DNA of 46,297 nucleotides, taken from IMG/VR virus record IMGVR_UViG_3300005758_000030, positions 1 through 46,297 of that record. One strand, written 5' to 3'. The stretch's first letter is position 1. Each line of letters starts with the position of its first letter. Made by a program: the position numbers and the translations under genes. The notes below the pieces were generated by a model. That model was given only the letters and a program-made list of their open reading frames with translations, made no database searches and was not told where the DNA came from. Below, one piece after another: positions 28,650 to 37,185 of this stretch. Origin of the DNA: a virus (Duplodnaviria; Caudoviricetes).

Positions 28650-29301
28650 TTGGCAAGCAGTATCTGAGTTTGTTGATGCTCATATGAGTATTAAACCCAG
28701 TTACTTTGAACGAGCAGTACAGGGCAGCTATCCTAAAGATGCATTTAGTAAAGGACAGTTGGCCAGTAAAGCATGGCTATTATCTAAACTAGATAGCAGC
28801 ATAGTAAATCACTTGCCCTTTGATTCAGTGATTACTATTTTAGGTTGTTGGATTGGCACACTAGTTGAACCGTTGATAGATGCAACAATGGTATCTAGAG
28901 TTTATGGAATTGATCTAGACCCAAGAGCAATTGAGCTAGCAGAAAAATTTAATCAGCGTTTAGTTCAGGATAGTTGGCGATTTAAGGGCGTAGTAGCTGA
29001 CGCATCTACACTAACAACATCTGATATGGAATTTGAAACCAGCGGTGAATTGATTAGAGTTAAGCCTAATATTGTAATCAATACCAGTTGCGAACATATG
29101 GACAATCATTGGTTTGAGACAGCCAGTTCGGATCAATTGATTATTATGCAAACTAACGACAGCGAGGGATATGACGGGCATATCAACATTTGCAGCGACC
29201 TGGCTGACCTAAGTGCTAAATATCCTATGTCAACGGTACTATATCGAGGCCAACTATCAATTCCCGCATACACACGATTTATGCAAATCGGATACAAATA
29301 A
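28624..29301 (+). CDS. Class I SAM-dependent methyltransferase-like protein
   Basis: ILGCWIG motif I, IDLDP, INTSCEHM. Confidence 0.7.
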   Translation: MNDTIKLDNWQAVSEFVDAHMSIKPSYFERAVQGSYPKDAFSKGQLASKAWLLSKLDSSIVNHLPFDSVITILGCWIGTLVEPLIDATMVSRVYGIDLDPRAIELAEKFNQRLVQDSWRFKGVVADASTLTTSDMEFETSGELIRVKPNIVINTSCEHMDNHWFETASSDQLIIMQTNDSEGYDGHINICSDLADLSAKYPMSTVLYRGQLSIPAYTRFMQIGYK

Positions 29302-29310
29302 GAGAACACA

Positions 29311-30639
29311 ATGACCTTTAAGCCACCACACAGTTTCCCAATTAACACAGCAACTTCATGTCAATTCAAATGGACTTGGAGTACAGTATTTCTATCAGTA
29401 GGTACTAGTTCTAGCTGTCACCGTTGTAAGGGCTGGGACGTAAGTGAGATTATGGACGACTTCCATAACCATCCAGGTAAATTAGAAGATAGAAAGAAGA
29501 TGCTTGAAGGCCAATGGCCTGGTAATGGTTGTGAATATTGTCGTGATATTGAAGTGGCGGGTGGCACCAGTGAACGAACTGCATATATTAATGACATGCA
29601 GGTAAGCCCACCAGAGCTTGATGTTGACCCTACGGCTGTAAATGTTACACCTAGAATCTTAGAAGTTTACTTCAATAACGTATGTAATCAGAAGTGTGTT
29701 TACTGCTCTCCATTCTTTAGTAGCCTTATTCAAAAGGAAGTTGAGAAGTTTGGACCATTAGAAAATGAATATGACTTGATGGGCTTTAAAGAAAAACCCG
29801 GCTATGAGCAGCGCAAGGATAAATTTTGGATCTGGATGGACAAGAATTCACATCACTTGCTACAGTTTCAGATCCTAGGTGGCGAGCCATTGTATCAAGA
29901 TGAGTTTGAGGAATGCTTGGAGTTCTTTGAGAATCGTAGCCATCCTAACTTAAATTGGAAGATCTTTAGTAATCTAAAACATCGTCATGATCTCTTTAAG
30001 AAGAAGATTGATCGTATTTCTGCCCTGATCAGAGAAGGCAAGCTCAAGAGTTTTGAAATTGTTTGTAGTATGGATTGCTGGGGACCACAGGCAGAATACA
30101 GTCGCTACGGTGTTAAACTAGATGAATGGGAACAGAACTTCCAATACCTAGTTGATAATCATTTAGTAGATATTAGCGTACACTCAACTATTACACCGGT
30201 ATCGCTGCCAACTATGGCAGAGTTTTATAGAAAGATTATGGCATGGAACACATACCGTATTGAGAAGCAGGGTGCTATGGGCTTAGTTGATACGCAAATC
30301 AAAGTTGTTAACTTTGGTTGGAACATCGTAGTAACACCAACACATATGGATCCATGTATGCTAGGTGAATATGCTGCACCATTCTTTGACGAACTATTAT
30401 CAGTTATTCCAGATGATGATAACCGTAAGCTCTATCTAAAGGGATTTAAGACTAAAGTAGTTAAAAGTCCTATAGATCCAGTTAGACTACATCGTTTAGC
30501 AAACTATCTAGATAAGATTGACTTTAGAAGAAAAACTAATTGGCGTTCGTTGTACCCATGGCTTGAGGAAATTGTTAATTCATATATTCCTAACGAGCCT
30601 GTTCCTGAAGTAAACGCTACACTAATCAAGAATATTTAA
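29311..30639 (+). CDS. Radical SAM protein with N-terminal twitch domain (5)
   Basis: CNQKCVYC, LGGEPL, SCQFKW...SCHRC...CEYC. Confidence 0.9.
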   Translation: MTFKPPHSFPINTATSCQFKWTWSTVFLSVGTSSSCHRCKGWDVSEIMDDFHNHPGKLEDRKKMLEGQWPGNGCEYCRDIEVAGGTSERTAYINDMQVSPPELDVDPTAVNVTPRILEVYFNNVCNQKCVYCSPFFSSLIQKEVEKFGPLENEYDLMGFKEKPGYEQRKDKFWIWMDKNSHHLLQFQILGGEPLYQDEFEECLEFFENRSHPNLNWKIFSNLKHRHDLFKKKIDRISALIREGKLKSFEIVCSMDCWGPQAEYSRYGVKLDEWEQNFQYLVDNHLVDISVHSTITPVSLPTMAEFYRKIMAWNTYRIEKQGAMGLVDTQIKVVNFGWNIVVTPTHMDPCMLGEYAAPFFDELLSVIPDDDNRKLYLKGFKTKVVKSPIDPVRLHRLANYLDKIDFRRKTNWRSLYPWLEEIVNSYIPNEPVPEVNATLIKNI

Positions 30640-30642
30640 GAC

Positions 30643-30671
30643 AAAAAAAGAGGGAACATTTCTGCTCCCTC
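30643..30671 (-). terminator. Intrinsic terminator after the porin, at the convergence of the two arms
   Basis: Minus strand GAGGGAGCA-GAAA-TGTTCCCTC-T7. Confidence 0.8.
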
Positions 30672-30698
30672 CCTGTTTGACTTATGCTCGCTGTTTTA

Positions 30699-31670
30699 TT
30701 AGAACAGATAGTTCAAGTCTAGTTGTAGACGCTTGAAGTCTTGCTTGCTGACACCACGTTCAACATCAAAATATCTTGCGCTAACCTTCCAACCGTCAGC
30801 GACAACGTAACCAGCAGTTAGGCCGTAGCCCTTGTGGTCACTCTGTGCGCCAGCAAAGTCGAAGTCATTCCATAGACCATATTGTGCATTTGCTTCTACC
30901 TTCTGGTGGAATACAGATAGGTCCCATTCACGGGCCTTCTTAGCAGAACCAAACTTAACACCATATGCTAGGGCTGTGTCGTTTGTCTTAGCCTTGTCGT
31001 TAGTCATGTAGTCAACAAACAGCACGACTGGCTGTTCAGCAACTAGTGTACCAACTTCACCAAATGCCTGTTGAAGATTATAGTCGATTGCTGAACCTTT
31101 TACTTGGTGATCGTGATAAGCAACACCACCTCTAAAGTTCAACCCAACTACTTTCTTTTCTAGGCCAAGTTGTAGGCTTTGTACTCTTGAATCAGGTAAT
31201 GCGCCACCTTCAACTAGTTTTACTGATGAAGCATTGGCAAATAAGCCTGAGTCATGATTAAACGCAACAGCGACACCTTCTGGTTTGATGTCACGGTCAA
31301 AAAATAGACTTGATGAAGTTGCCCAGGGCTGGTGCATCTTTCCAAGTTTTACTTTTACATGACTGACTGGTGCGTATTCAACATATGCTAAGTGTAGGTT
31401 TATGTCTTTCAATCCAGCGTTTCCGCCAAAGTCTGTCCATCTGTCGTTGAAGGTACCTGTAGCAAGACCAACAACAGCTTTTACCTTGTCGTTGACATCT
31501 GATTCAAGTACTACTTCTGCTTTCATACGGTCCTTTTCGCTCTTTGGTGCTGCACCTACTTCGACGCTATCAAAGCGATAACCGAAGTTACCCTTTACAT
31601 TTACGTCACCTGCATGTGCTGCGGTTGAAAGTGAACCTAACATAACTAATGTTAATAATGCTTTACGCAT
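30699..31670 (-). CDS. Outer-membrane beta-barrel putative porin
   Basis: Signal peptide MRKALLTLVMLGSLSTAAHA, amphipathic strands, C-terminal LQLDLNYLF beta-signal; AGGAG RBS supports start 31670. Confidence 0.85.
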   Translation of the reverse strand: MRKALLTLVMLGSLSTAAHAGDVNVKGNFGYRFDSVEVGAAPKSEKDRMKAEVVLESDVNDKVKAVVGLATGTFNDRWTDFGGNAGLKDINLHLAYVEYAPVSHVKVKLGKMHQPWATSSSLFFDRDIKPEGVAVAFNHDSGLFANASSVKLVEGGALPDSRVQSLQLGLEKKVVGLNFRGGVAYHDHQVKGSAIDYNLQQAFGEVGTLVAEQPVVLFVDYMTNDKAKTNDTALAYGVKFGSAKKAREWDLSVFHQKVEANAQYGLWNDFDFAGAQSDHKGYGLTAGYVVADGWKVSARYFDVERGVSKQDFKRLQLDLNYLF

Positions 31671-31816
31671 GTATTGTTTTCTCCTTGTTGTTATGCCTTT
31701 GCAGGCATATGCCACAGTTGTCTAGATACCAAATCCTAACTAGGTTATTCATTGTTCTTTAACACAGGTTGTTAAAATGTATTAAAGATAAAATTTAGCC
31801 TCCTGGGGCATATTAT

Positions 31817-31824
31817 TATTTATA
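31817..31824 (-). promoter_or_regulatory. T4-type late promoter TATAAATA
   Basis: Exact consensus on the minus strand, about 145 nt upstream of the porin ATG. Confidence 0.6.
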
Positions 31825-31886
31825 GTCGAGTCGACGCTAATAACAAATATTTTAATATTTAGGTGTAAATGTTACACTATTGCCAC

Positions 31887-31912
31887 AAAAAAATGCCCCT
31901 TGCGGGGCATTT
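31887..31912 (-). terminator. Intrinsic terminator
   Basis: ATGCCCC-GCAA-GGGGCAT plus T tract on the minus strand. Confidence 0.85.
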
Positions 31913-31923
31913 AAATTGAGATG

Positions 31924-32262
31924 TTATTCCTTAAATATCTTATCTAAGATACTATTAGTTTCCTTCTCCAGATGTAGCCTTATTTTGTCCAAGTCAATAA
32001 CAATTTCAACTGATTCAATATCATCCTTAATACCCAATTGTCTTATGTACTTGTCAATATTGGTATAGCTAATATTTTTTTGATTATCATTTACGCTATA
32101 CGATTCACCATTAACAGTATTAACTACAATTTTGTGTAAAAATTCTGTTGGTATGTCTGAGGGTTCAATTTTACTTAGGATGCCCTTTACTATACCTGAA
32201 TCATTTGATTTAGATTGTTTACCAAGTAGGACAATTTTAGGCGGACCTTTTGGTTTCGCCAC
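31924..32262 (-). CDS. Hypothetical protein
   Basis: 112-aa ORF with GTG start and GAGGA RBS. Confidence 0.7.
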   Translation of the reverse strand: MAKPKGPPKIVLLGKQSKSNDSGIVKGILSKIEPSDIPTEFLHKIVVNTVNGESYSVNDNQKNISYTNIDKYIRQLGIKDDIESVEIVIDLDKIRLHLEKETNSILDKIFKE

Positions 32263-32278
32263 AATATTGTCCTCTTAG

Positions 32279-32986
32279 TTATTCAGCTGCTCCGGCTTCT
32301 TCTGCTATTTCAACTGCGGTTTTCTTAGGTGGACGACCTGGACCACGGCGTGGTTCAAGTTCAGGATTTAAACGATACGCTTCGGCCTTCTTTGCTTCAG
32401 CATCACGAATTAATGCCTGTGCATCCTGCTCTAATAGCTCTGCCTGAATCAATAAGTTACGAGCAACATCATTAGTTGGTGCTGGTGCGTCTCTTGTGAT
32501 ATCTGCATTAGGGTTACGATTAGCAAGTGCAGGATCCGTTTCAATTGGACGTACTAGTGGATCTGGTTGCTGATAACTTTCTGTTGTTACTCGCTTCTGA
32601 CTTGCAGGATCAGTCTTGGGTGGAGTATAACCTCCTTCAAGCTTCTTAATCTCACGATTAACATCAGCAAGCGGTACATTTTGATTTGGTAGCGGAGTCA
32701 AACTTACATGACTCACAGGTACCTTCTGTAACTTCTTACTATAGTGTAAGCTGGTTAGCATATTGCTTCCGTCAGTAAACTGACGACGGTGTAGTACCTG
32801 GCTAATGTCATTTGATTCTTGTGCTTCAGCACTAACAACAACATTCATTAAGTCATCGTGCTGTCTGCTATCCAATGTGTCTGTTTGAACAATGAGGCAG
32901 TAATCTGCTTCACCCGGCAGTTCACGGAAAACAACCAAGCATGGCTTTTCTCCGTATTTGCCTACATGTTTAGTTAATGATGGCAT
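32279..32986 (-). CDS. Hypothetical phage protein with C-terminal AT-hook-like motif
   Basis: 235 aa; RRGPGRPPKK near the C-terminus. Confidence 0.7.
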   Translation of the reverse strand: MPSLTKHVGKYGEKPCLVVFRELPGEADYCLIVQTDTLDSRQHDDLMNVVVSAEAQESNDISQVLHRRQFTDGSNMLTSLHYSKKLQKVPVSHVSLTPLPNQNVPLADVNREIKKLEGGYTPPKTDPASQKRVTTESYQQPDPLVRPIETDPALANRNPNADITRDAPAPTNDVARNLLIQAELLEQDAQALIRDAEAKKAEAYRLNPELEPRRGPGRPPKKTAVEIAEEAGAAE

Positions 32987-32989
32987 AAA

Positions 32990-33250
32990 TTATTCCTCGG
33001 TAGCGGTTTCTTCTGCTTCTTCGCGAGCTTTTTGCTGTTCAGCAATAAAGGTTAGGAAAGCATTTAGTTTATCAAAGATTGCGCCAACCTGTGTGAGTTC
33101 TGCACCGCGGAAAGCACCGCGCTGACTTGCTAGATCAACAATCTGTAGTAGAAGTTGAAGATCATTTAAGCTAATTGAATCAGGTACAACCTTTTCTGTC
33201 TGCTCTGTTGCAGTGGTTTGTGCTTCTTCAATTTTCTTGTTCTTAGCCAT
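32990..33250 (-). CDS. Hypothetical protein
   Basis: 86 aa; AGGAG RBS; TAAATA upstream at 33281-33286. Confidence 0.75.
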   Translation of the reverse strand: MAKNKKIEEAQTTATEQTEKVVPDSISLNDLQLLLQIVDLASQRGAFRGAELTQVGAIFDKLNAFLTFIAEQQKAREEAEETATEE

Positions 33251-33303
33251 ATAACATCTCCTTTTATGGTTTCGTAATTTTATTTAACAGACAGTTTAAC
33301 TAA

Positions 33304-33573
33304 TTACGATATATTTTGGTTAAGAAATGAAAGAATATTTTCTTTATCTATAGGGCTTTCAAAATAGATAACCACGTGATGTTCATTGTCCCTGCGTACA
33401 TGGTATTGATCAATTGCATGACTATCTAAATAGTCAAGAATGTTTTCGTATAGCTCAACGTCAATGTCAATGAATTTCGCGCGGTTGCGTATCATGCGAA
33501 CGGCACCCTCGGTGCCGCTCAACATATTAAATTCCAAACTATCTAGTTTCCTAGTATCAACTCTATATGCCAT
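33304..33573 (-). CDS. Hypothetical protein
   Basis: 89-aa ORF abutting the upstream gene. Confidence 0.6.
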   Translation of the reverse strand: MAYRVDTRKLDSLEFNMLSGTEGAVRMIRNRAKFIDIDVELYENILDYLDSHAIDQYHVRRDNEHHVVIYFESPIDKENILSFLNQNIS

Positions 33574-33780
33574 TTATGAGCCCTTCCAACGTAATGTAAA
33601 CATTGCCGCATCGGCACTATTGGTAAACTTATACACCGCTATCTCGTCTGCAAAATAGCTCAAGTCACTTACATCAGTAATAGATACATTTAGATAACTA
33701 GGGCAGTTAGAAGCGGCCCAATCAGCCGCTTCTTGAAAACTTACTCCATCGCCATCATCTAAATAGATCTCTATAGACAT
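33574..33780 (-). CDS. Hypothetical protein
   Basis: 68 aa, TAATG-coupled to the vWA gene, ends DAAMFTLRWKGS. Confidence 0.65.
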   Translation of the reverse strand: MSIEIYLDDGDGVSFQEAADWAASNCPSYLNVSITDVSDLSYFADEIAVYKFTNSADAAMFTLRWKGS

Positions 33781-35087
33781 TACTTTGACTTGCTAGTATA
33801 CGGTACTGTGATACCAAACGGTGCTTCTGGAACCTTTTCATCGCGTCCGCCGTGTACAATAAACAGCGTATCGCAATATGTTTCGTCACCCCATGAACCC
33901 CACGGATAACCGTCAGTAAACATGATGAACTTCTTAGGCTCGATACCGTTCTCCTTCATGTAAGTGAAGTTGATATCAAAGTCAGTACCACCACCCCCGG
34001 CAAGCTCGTAAGTGAGGAAGTCATTTGATGTGTCCGCAGTGATAGTGATCGGATTATAAATCTGCGTGTCAAAACACCACAAGTGGATCTTGTAATCGGT
34101 ATACTGATCCATAATGCCCTTTACTTCGCTAAGGAAGTCAGTGCCCATTTCATCAGTGATTGAACCCGACATGTCAATACAAATCGCAACGTCAATAGTA
34201 GTCTCACGATCCATACCAGGCAAGTAAAAGCCAGCGTCGAGGCCCTTACGACTCGGACGCAGATAAGTGTAATTGCTCTTAATAACACTTTGGATCTGCA
34301 TAGCAAGTAGCTCACGCCAATCCAACTGCGGGTTCAGCAAGTCCTTGAGCAAACGACGAACACCTGCCGGAGTATTACCAGCACCTGCAACCTTAGCAGC
34401 CTGGATAACAGCATTACGAAACTCTTGCTTGATCTGATCCTTCTCGGCCTTAGTGTAGCGTACAGGACCCTTAGAGCCGTCGTTACCTTCACCACCTTCA
34501 CCACCGGCGCCTTCATCGTCGCCTTCATCATCACGATACAAGTGGTCGTCAAAGGTGTCAATGTTAATAACACGACCTTCCTTCTCTGCCTGCTTGAATA
34601 GATCATCGTAGATCTCTTCGGAAATCTTACCGCGATACTTCCAATCGTAGCAAATCTCAACCAGCGTAATCTTCTCACCGATCTGTGCTTCAACTAGGTC
34701 ATTGTTAATAACATAGTCGTTAGCGATGTTCCAAAGCCGAGGATCGCGATTACCGAGACGCTTCTTGTCCATGTGGTCATAAACGCAATGGAGAACTTCG
34801 TGTCCCATACCGAACACAAGTTCTTCATCGGTCAGCGCATCAACAAAATTTCGGTTATAGTAGAAGTAGCGACCGTCTGTAGCAATAGTGGGAAGCCAGT
34901 CAGTTGCGTCTTTGAATCGCAAACGAGTAGCAAGGTTACCAAAGAACGGTGCGTTGATAAGCATCTTAATTCGCGCCTTGATCAGCGCATCTTCAATTAA
35001 GGCAGAGCTCTTAGTAGTCTCCTTAATTGGGCGATTAGTCTTAATTGCCCGCTTCTTAACGTCTGTATCTGAACTCGTATTAGACAT
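33780..35087 (-). CDS. DUF2201-type metallopeptidase-like (HExxH) plus vWA domain protein
   Basis: TIATDG, HEVLH, MIDAS DMSGS, GGGGTDF, FTDG. Confidence 0.9.
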   Translation of the reverse strand: MSNTSSDTDVKKRAIKTNRPIKETTKSSALIEDALIKARIKMLINAPFFGNLATRLRFKDATDWLPTIATDGRYFYYNRNFVDALTDEELVFGMGHEVLHCVYDHMDKKRLGNRDPRLWNIANDYVINNDLVEAQIGEKITLVEICYDWKYRGKISEEIYDDLFKQAEKEGRVINIDTFDDHLYRDDEGDDEGAGGEGGEGNDGSKGPVRYTKAEKDQIKQEFRNAVIQAAKVAGAGNTPAGVRRLLKDLLNPQLDWRELLAMQIQSVIKSNYTYLRPSRKGLDAGFYLPGMDRETTIDVAICIDMSGSITDEMGTDFLSEVKGIMDQYTDYKIHLWCFDTQIYNPITITADTSNDFLTYELAGGGGTDFDINFTYMKENGIEPKKFIMFTDGYPWGSWGDETYCDTLFIVHGGRDEKVPEAPFGITVPYTSKSK

Positions 35088-35120
35088 GAGTTTTACCCTT
35101 ATTTCTTATCCTACTTATAC

Positions 35121-35148
35121 AGTATAACATCTATAGGAATAGTGTCAA
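35121..35148 (-). promoter_or_regulatory. Sigma70-like early promoter TTGACA-N16-TATACT
   Basis: Read directly on the minus strand upstream of the vWA gene. Confidence 0.7.
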
Positions 35149-35174
35149 CCACTATTTTACTTATCGGAAAAGGT

Positions 35175-35256
35175 GATGCCCCGCCTTTCGACGGGGCATC
35201 TTTGATGGACTTGAGCGTAGGGAGTAACAAGGTAGGTAGGTTCTCAAGTCCTTCAA
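35175..35256 (-). ncRNA. Candidate structured 3'-UTR RNA (two hairpins)
   Basis: 13/14-bp stem (35202-35215 with 35243-35256) enclosing a 27-nt pyrimidine-rich loop, then a GATGCCCCG/CGGGGCATC hairpin (35175-35200). Confidence 0.45.
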
Positions 35257-35260
35257 CTGG

Positions 35261-36367
35261 TTAAACGATGTACTTGGTGTAACGCTCGCTGAATACCTTG
35301 TACAGATCCTGATTAAGATCAGTACGGATATTGAACTTGATACCGTAGTCGGTCATAATGGTCTTAAAGAACAGTACAACCATTTCAGGTTCAAAGTTTT
35401 CGTAGGAGAACTTAACAGCATTGTTGAACATGCTCTTGAAGTCATCCTTTGTACCGTGATCCTGATAGTACTGGTTGATCTCGTAAGTAAGTCCAACTAC
35501 CAGCGAGTACTTAGCGGAAATTTCCTGACTCAACTTATTGTCGAGCTTGGTAACCTTACCCGATAGTACGTCTTCCGGCTTAGGCAAGTGGCTAGCAATA
35601 CGACGGTGTTCAATAAACTTACCTGCCATACCCTCACCAACTGCACCAGCAACTTCAGCCTTTTGTTCAAAGATGTCTGAAGTTTCAAAGCCATCCTGGG
35701 AAAGCATTTCGCTAACATACGACCATGAACGCGGAGTAGCAAATGCCTGGGAACTAGTCTTAGGATCAAAGTCAAACAAGTCTGCCTTTGAGTACGAAAG
35801 GTAACCAAGCACGTCCGGGTGGATACCATTCTTCAGTGCCCACTTCTGCCAGTCACCAAAGTCCACTGCCATGTTAATGTGACGGAAGCGGTTTGCCAGC
35901 GGAGCAGGCATACGATAAGTAACACCGCGGTCAGTTTCGCGGTTACCTGCTGCAACAATTACAACATTCTTAGGAAGAACATACTGACCAATTCGACGGT
36001 TCAGTACAAGCTGATAAGCCGCTGCCTGTACGCTAGGCGGAGCAGAGTTAAGCTCGTCTAGGAAAAGGATTACAGTATCATACTGTGCAGCGAACTCTGC
36101 GGTTGGAAGGTCTGCCGGAGGCGCCCAATCCATTGTATTCGTTTCCGGATTACGGAACGGATAACCACGCAAGTCAGTGGGTTCGAGAAGTGCAAGACGA
36201 AGGTCTAGCACACACGAACGACCCAATGCACCACTGTCTGAAATGCCCTGAACTAGTTCGGACTTACCAATGCCCGGAGGACCCCAAATAAACAGAGGAC
36301 GACGAGCCTTCATTGCGCGAAGTGCGATTGACTGCACCTGCGACGCCTTAACACTAAGAGTATCCAT
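35261..36367 (-). CDS. MoxR-like AAA+ ATPase
   Basis: Walker A GPPGIGKS, Walker B LFLDE, AAGNR, LANRF, TPRSW. Confidence 0.9.
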   Translation of the reverse strand: MDTLSVKASQVQSIALRAMKARRPLFIWGPPGIGKSELVQGISDSGALGRSCVLDLRLALLEPTDLRGYPFRNPETNTMDWAPPADLPTAEFAAQYDTVILFLDELNSAPPSVQAAAYQLVLNRRIGQYVLPKNVVIVAAGNRETDRGVTYRMPAPLANRFRHINMAVDFGDWQKWALKNGIHPDVLGYLSYSKADLFDFDPKTSSQAFATPRSWSYVSEMLSQDGFETSDIFEQKAEVAGAVGEGMAGKFIEHRRIASHLPKPEDVLSGKVTKLDNKLSQEISAKYSLVVGLTYEINQYYQDHGTKDDFKSMFNNAVKFSYENFEPEMVVLFFKTIMTDYGIKFNIRTDLNQDLYKVFSERYTKYIV

Positions 36368-36405
36368 AACAAACCTACCTTTCTAACTAACTAACCTATA
36401 CTCTT

Positions 36406-36433
36406 ATAATAGCACCATGTGCTAATATGTCAA
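36406..36433 (-). promoter_or_regulatory. Sigma70-like early promoter TTGACA-N16-TATTAT
   Basis: Upstream of the AAA ATPase; contains the TAGCAC-N3-GTGCTA inverted repeat. Confidence 0.7.
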
Positions 36434-36440
36434 CCGGTTT

Positions 36441-36737
36441 TTATACCAGTTCCAACATATTTCCGGGAACCCGCCAATTGGTACCAAACATGCTATTGCT
36501 GTTGGGCTGTTCGCGCACGATGATAAACTTGCGGTTAATTTTCTGGACGCTGCCAATTACAGTACGACCTCCCCGGCCGGTAAACTTAACCTGGCTACCA
36601 ACAGCGAGCTGGCGCTTGTTCTGGCTAAGGATCTGATTGCGTCGGTAAGTGATTGCTGAACCAATCGAGCGCAACTGCTCGTCGGTAAAGTCACCAAACA
36701 TAATTGCGGTATTCACGTCTTGAATTGAAATAGTCAT
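36441..36737 (-). CDS. Early hypothetical protein (C-terminal SH3/KOW-like beta domain possible)
   Basis: Start reassigned to MTISIQ after the AAGGAG RBS; has its own promoter. Confidence 0.7.
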   Translation of the reverse strand: MTISIQDVNTAIMFGDFTDEQLRSIGSAITYRRNQILSQNKRQLAVGSQVKFTGRGGRTVIGSVQKINRKFIIVREQPNSNSMFGTNWRVPGNMLELV

Positions 36738-36741
36738 TTTG

Positions 36742-36766
36742 AACTCCTTATTTCTCAACCTACATT
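36742..36766 (-). repeat. 25-bp leader repeat, copy 1
   Basis: AATGTAGGTTGAGAAATAAGGAGTT, identical to 37158-37182. Confidence 0.9.
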
Positions 36767-36769
36767 TAT

Positions 36770-36797
36770 ATAATAGCATCTTTAGGGATGCTGTCAA
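36770..36797 (-). promoter_or_regulatory. Sigma70-like early promoter TTGACA-N16-TATTAT
   Basis: Read directly; contains the AGCATC-N6-GATGCT inverted repeat. Confidence 0.7.
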
Positions 36798-36802
36798 CCT
36801 TT

Positions 36803-37153
36803 TTATGCAACGAGCTGGTAAGGTTTATTCCACTTACCAACGTTGATGTCTACATAATAAGCGGTGTTGAAGTAGTCGATCTGAGCGTTGGTTTCATCAT
36901 ACCAGTCTGCGCTCTTAAGAGCAGCAAACGCCTCGGTAAGAAACTTCTTAGCCTTGCCTTCAAAGTGCTCGTGAAACCAATACGGGTTGACGTCGATGTT
37001 ATCACCACCAAAGTCAATCTTGCCGCTTTTGAGGTTTAGTACGATCGTGCTATGATTACGAACAGCGAGAGAACCCTTCATGCCATACTTCTTAAGGATA
37101 GGCTTGATGCGGGCTGCAATCTTCGCTTTCTTTTCCTGATTCATGTACGCCAT
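36803..37153 (-). CDS. Early hypothetical protein
   Basis: Start MAYMNQEKK after the AAGGAG RBS; has its own promoter. Confidence 0.75.
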   Translation of the reverse strand: MAYMNQEKKAKIAARIKPILKKYGMKGSLAVRNHSTIVLNLKSGKIDFGGDNIDVNPYWFHEHFEGKAKKFLTEAFAALKSADWYDETNAQIDYFNTAYYVDINVGKWNKPYQLVA

Positions 37154-37157
37154 TTCA

Positions 37158-37182
37158 AACTCCTTATTTCTCAACCTACATT
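37158..37182 (-). repeat. 25-bp leader repeat, copy 2
   Basis: Identical to 36742-36766. Confidence 0.9.
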
Positions 37183-37185
37183 ATT

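Noticed and set aside
1904-30639. Bacterial capsule/O-antigen locus
   Set aside because: No flippase, polymerase, ABC exporter or initiating phosphoglycosyl transferase; T4-type late promoters and flanking phage genes indicate a viral context.
31750-31870. Pho box upstream of the porin
   Set aside because: Only loose TTAA/TAAC repeats; no convincing CTGTCA-type 11-bp tandem repeat.
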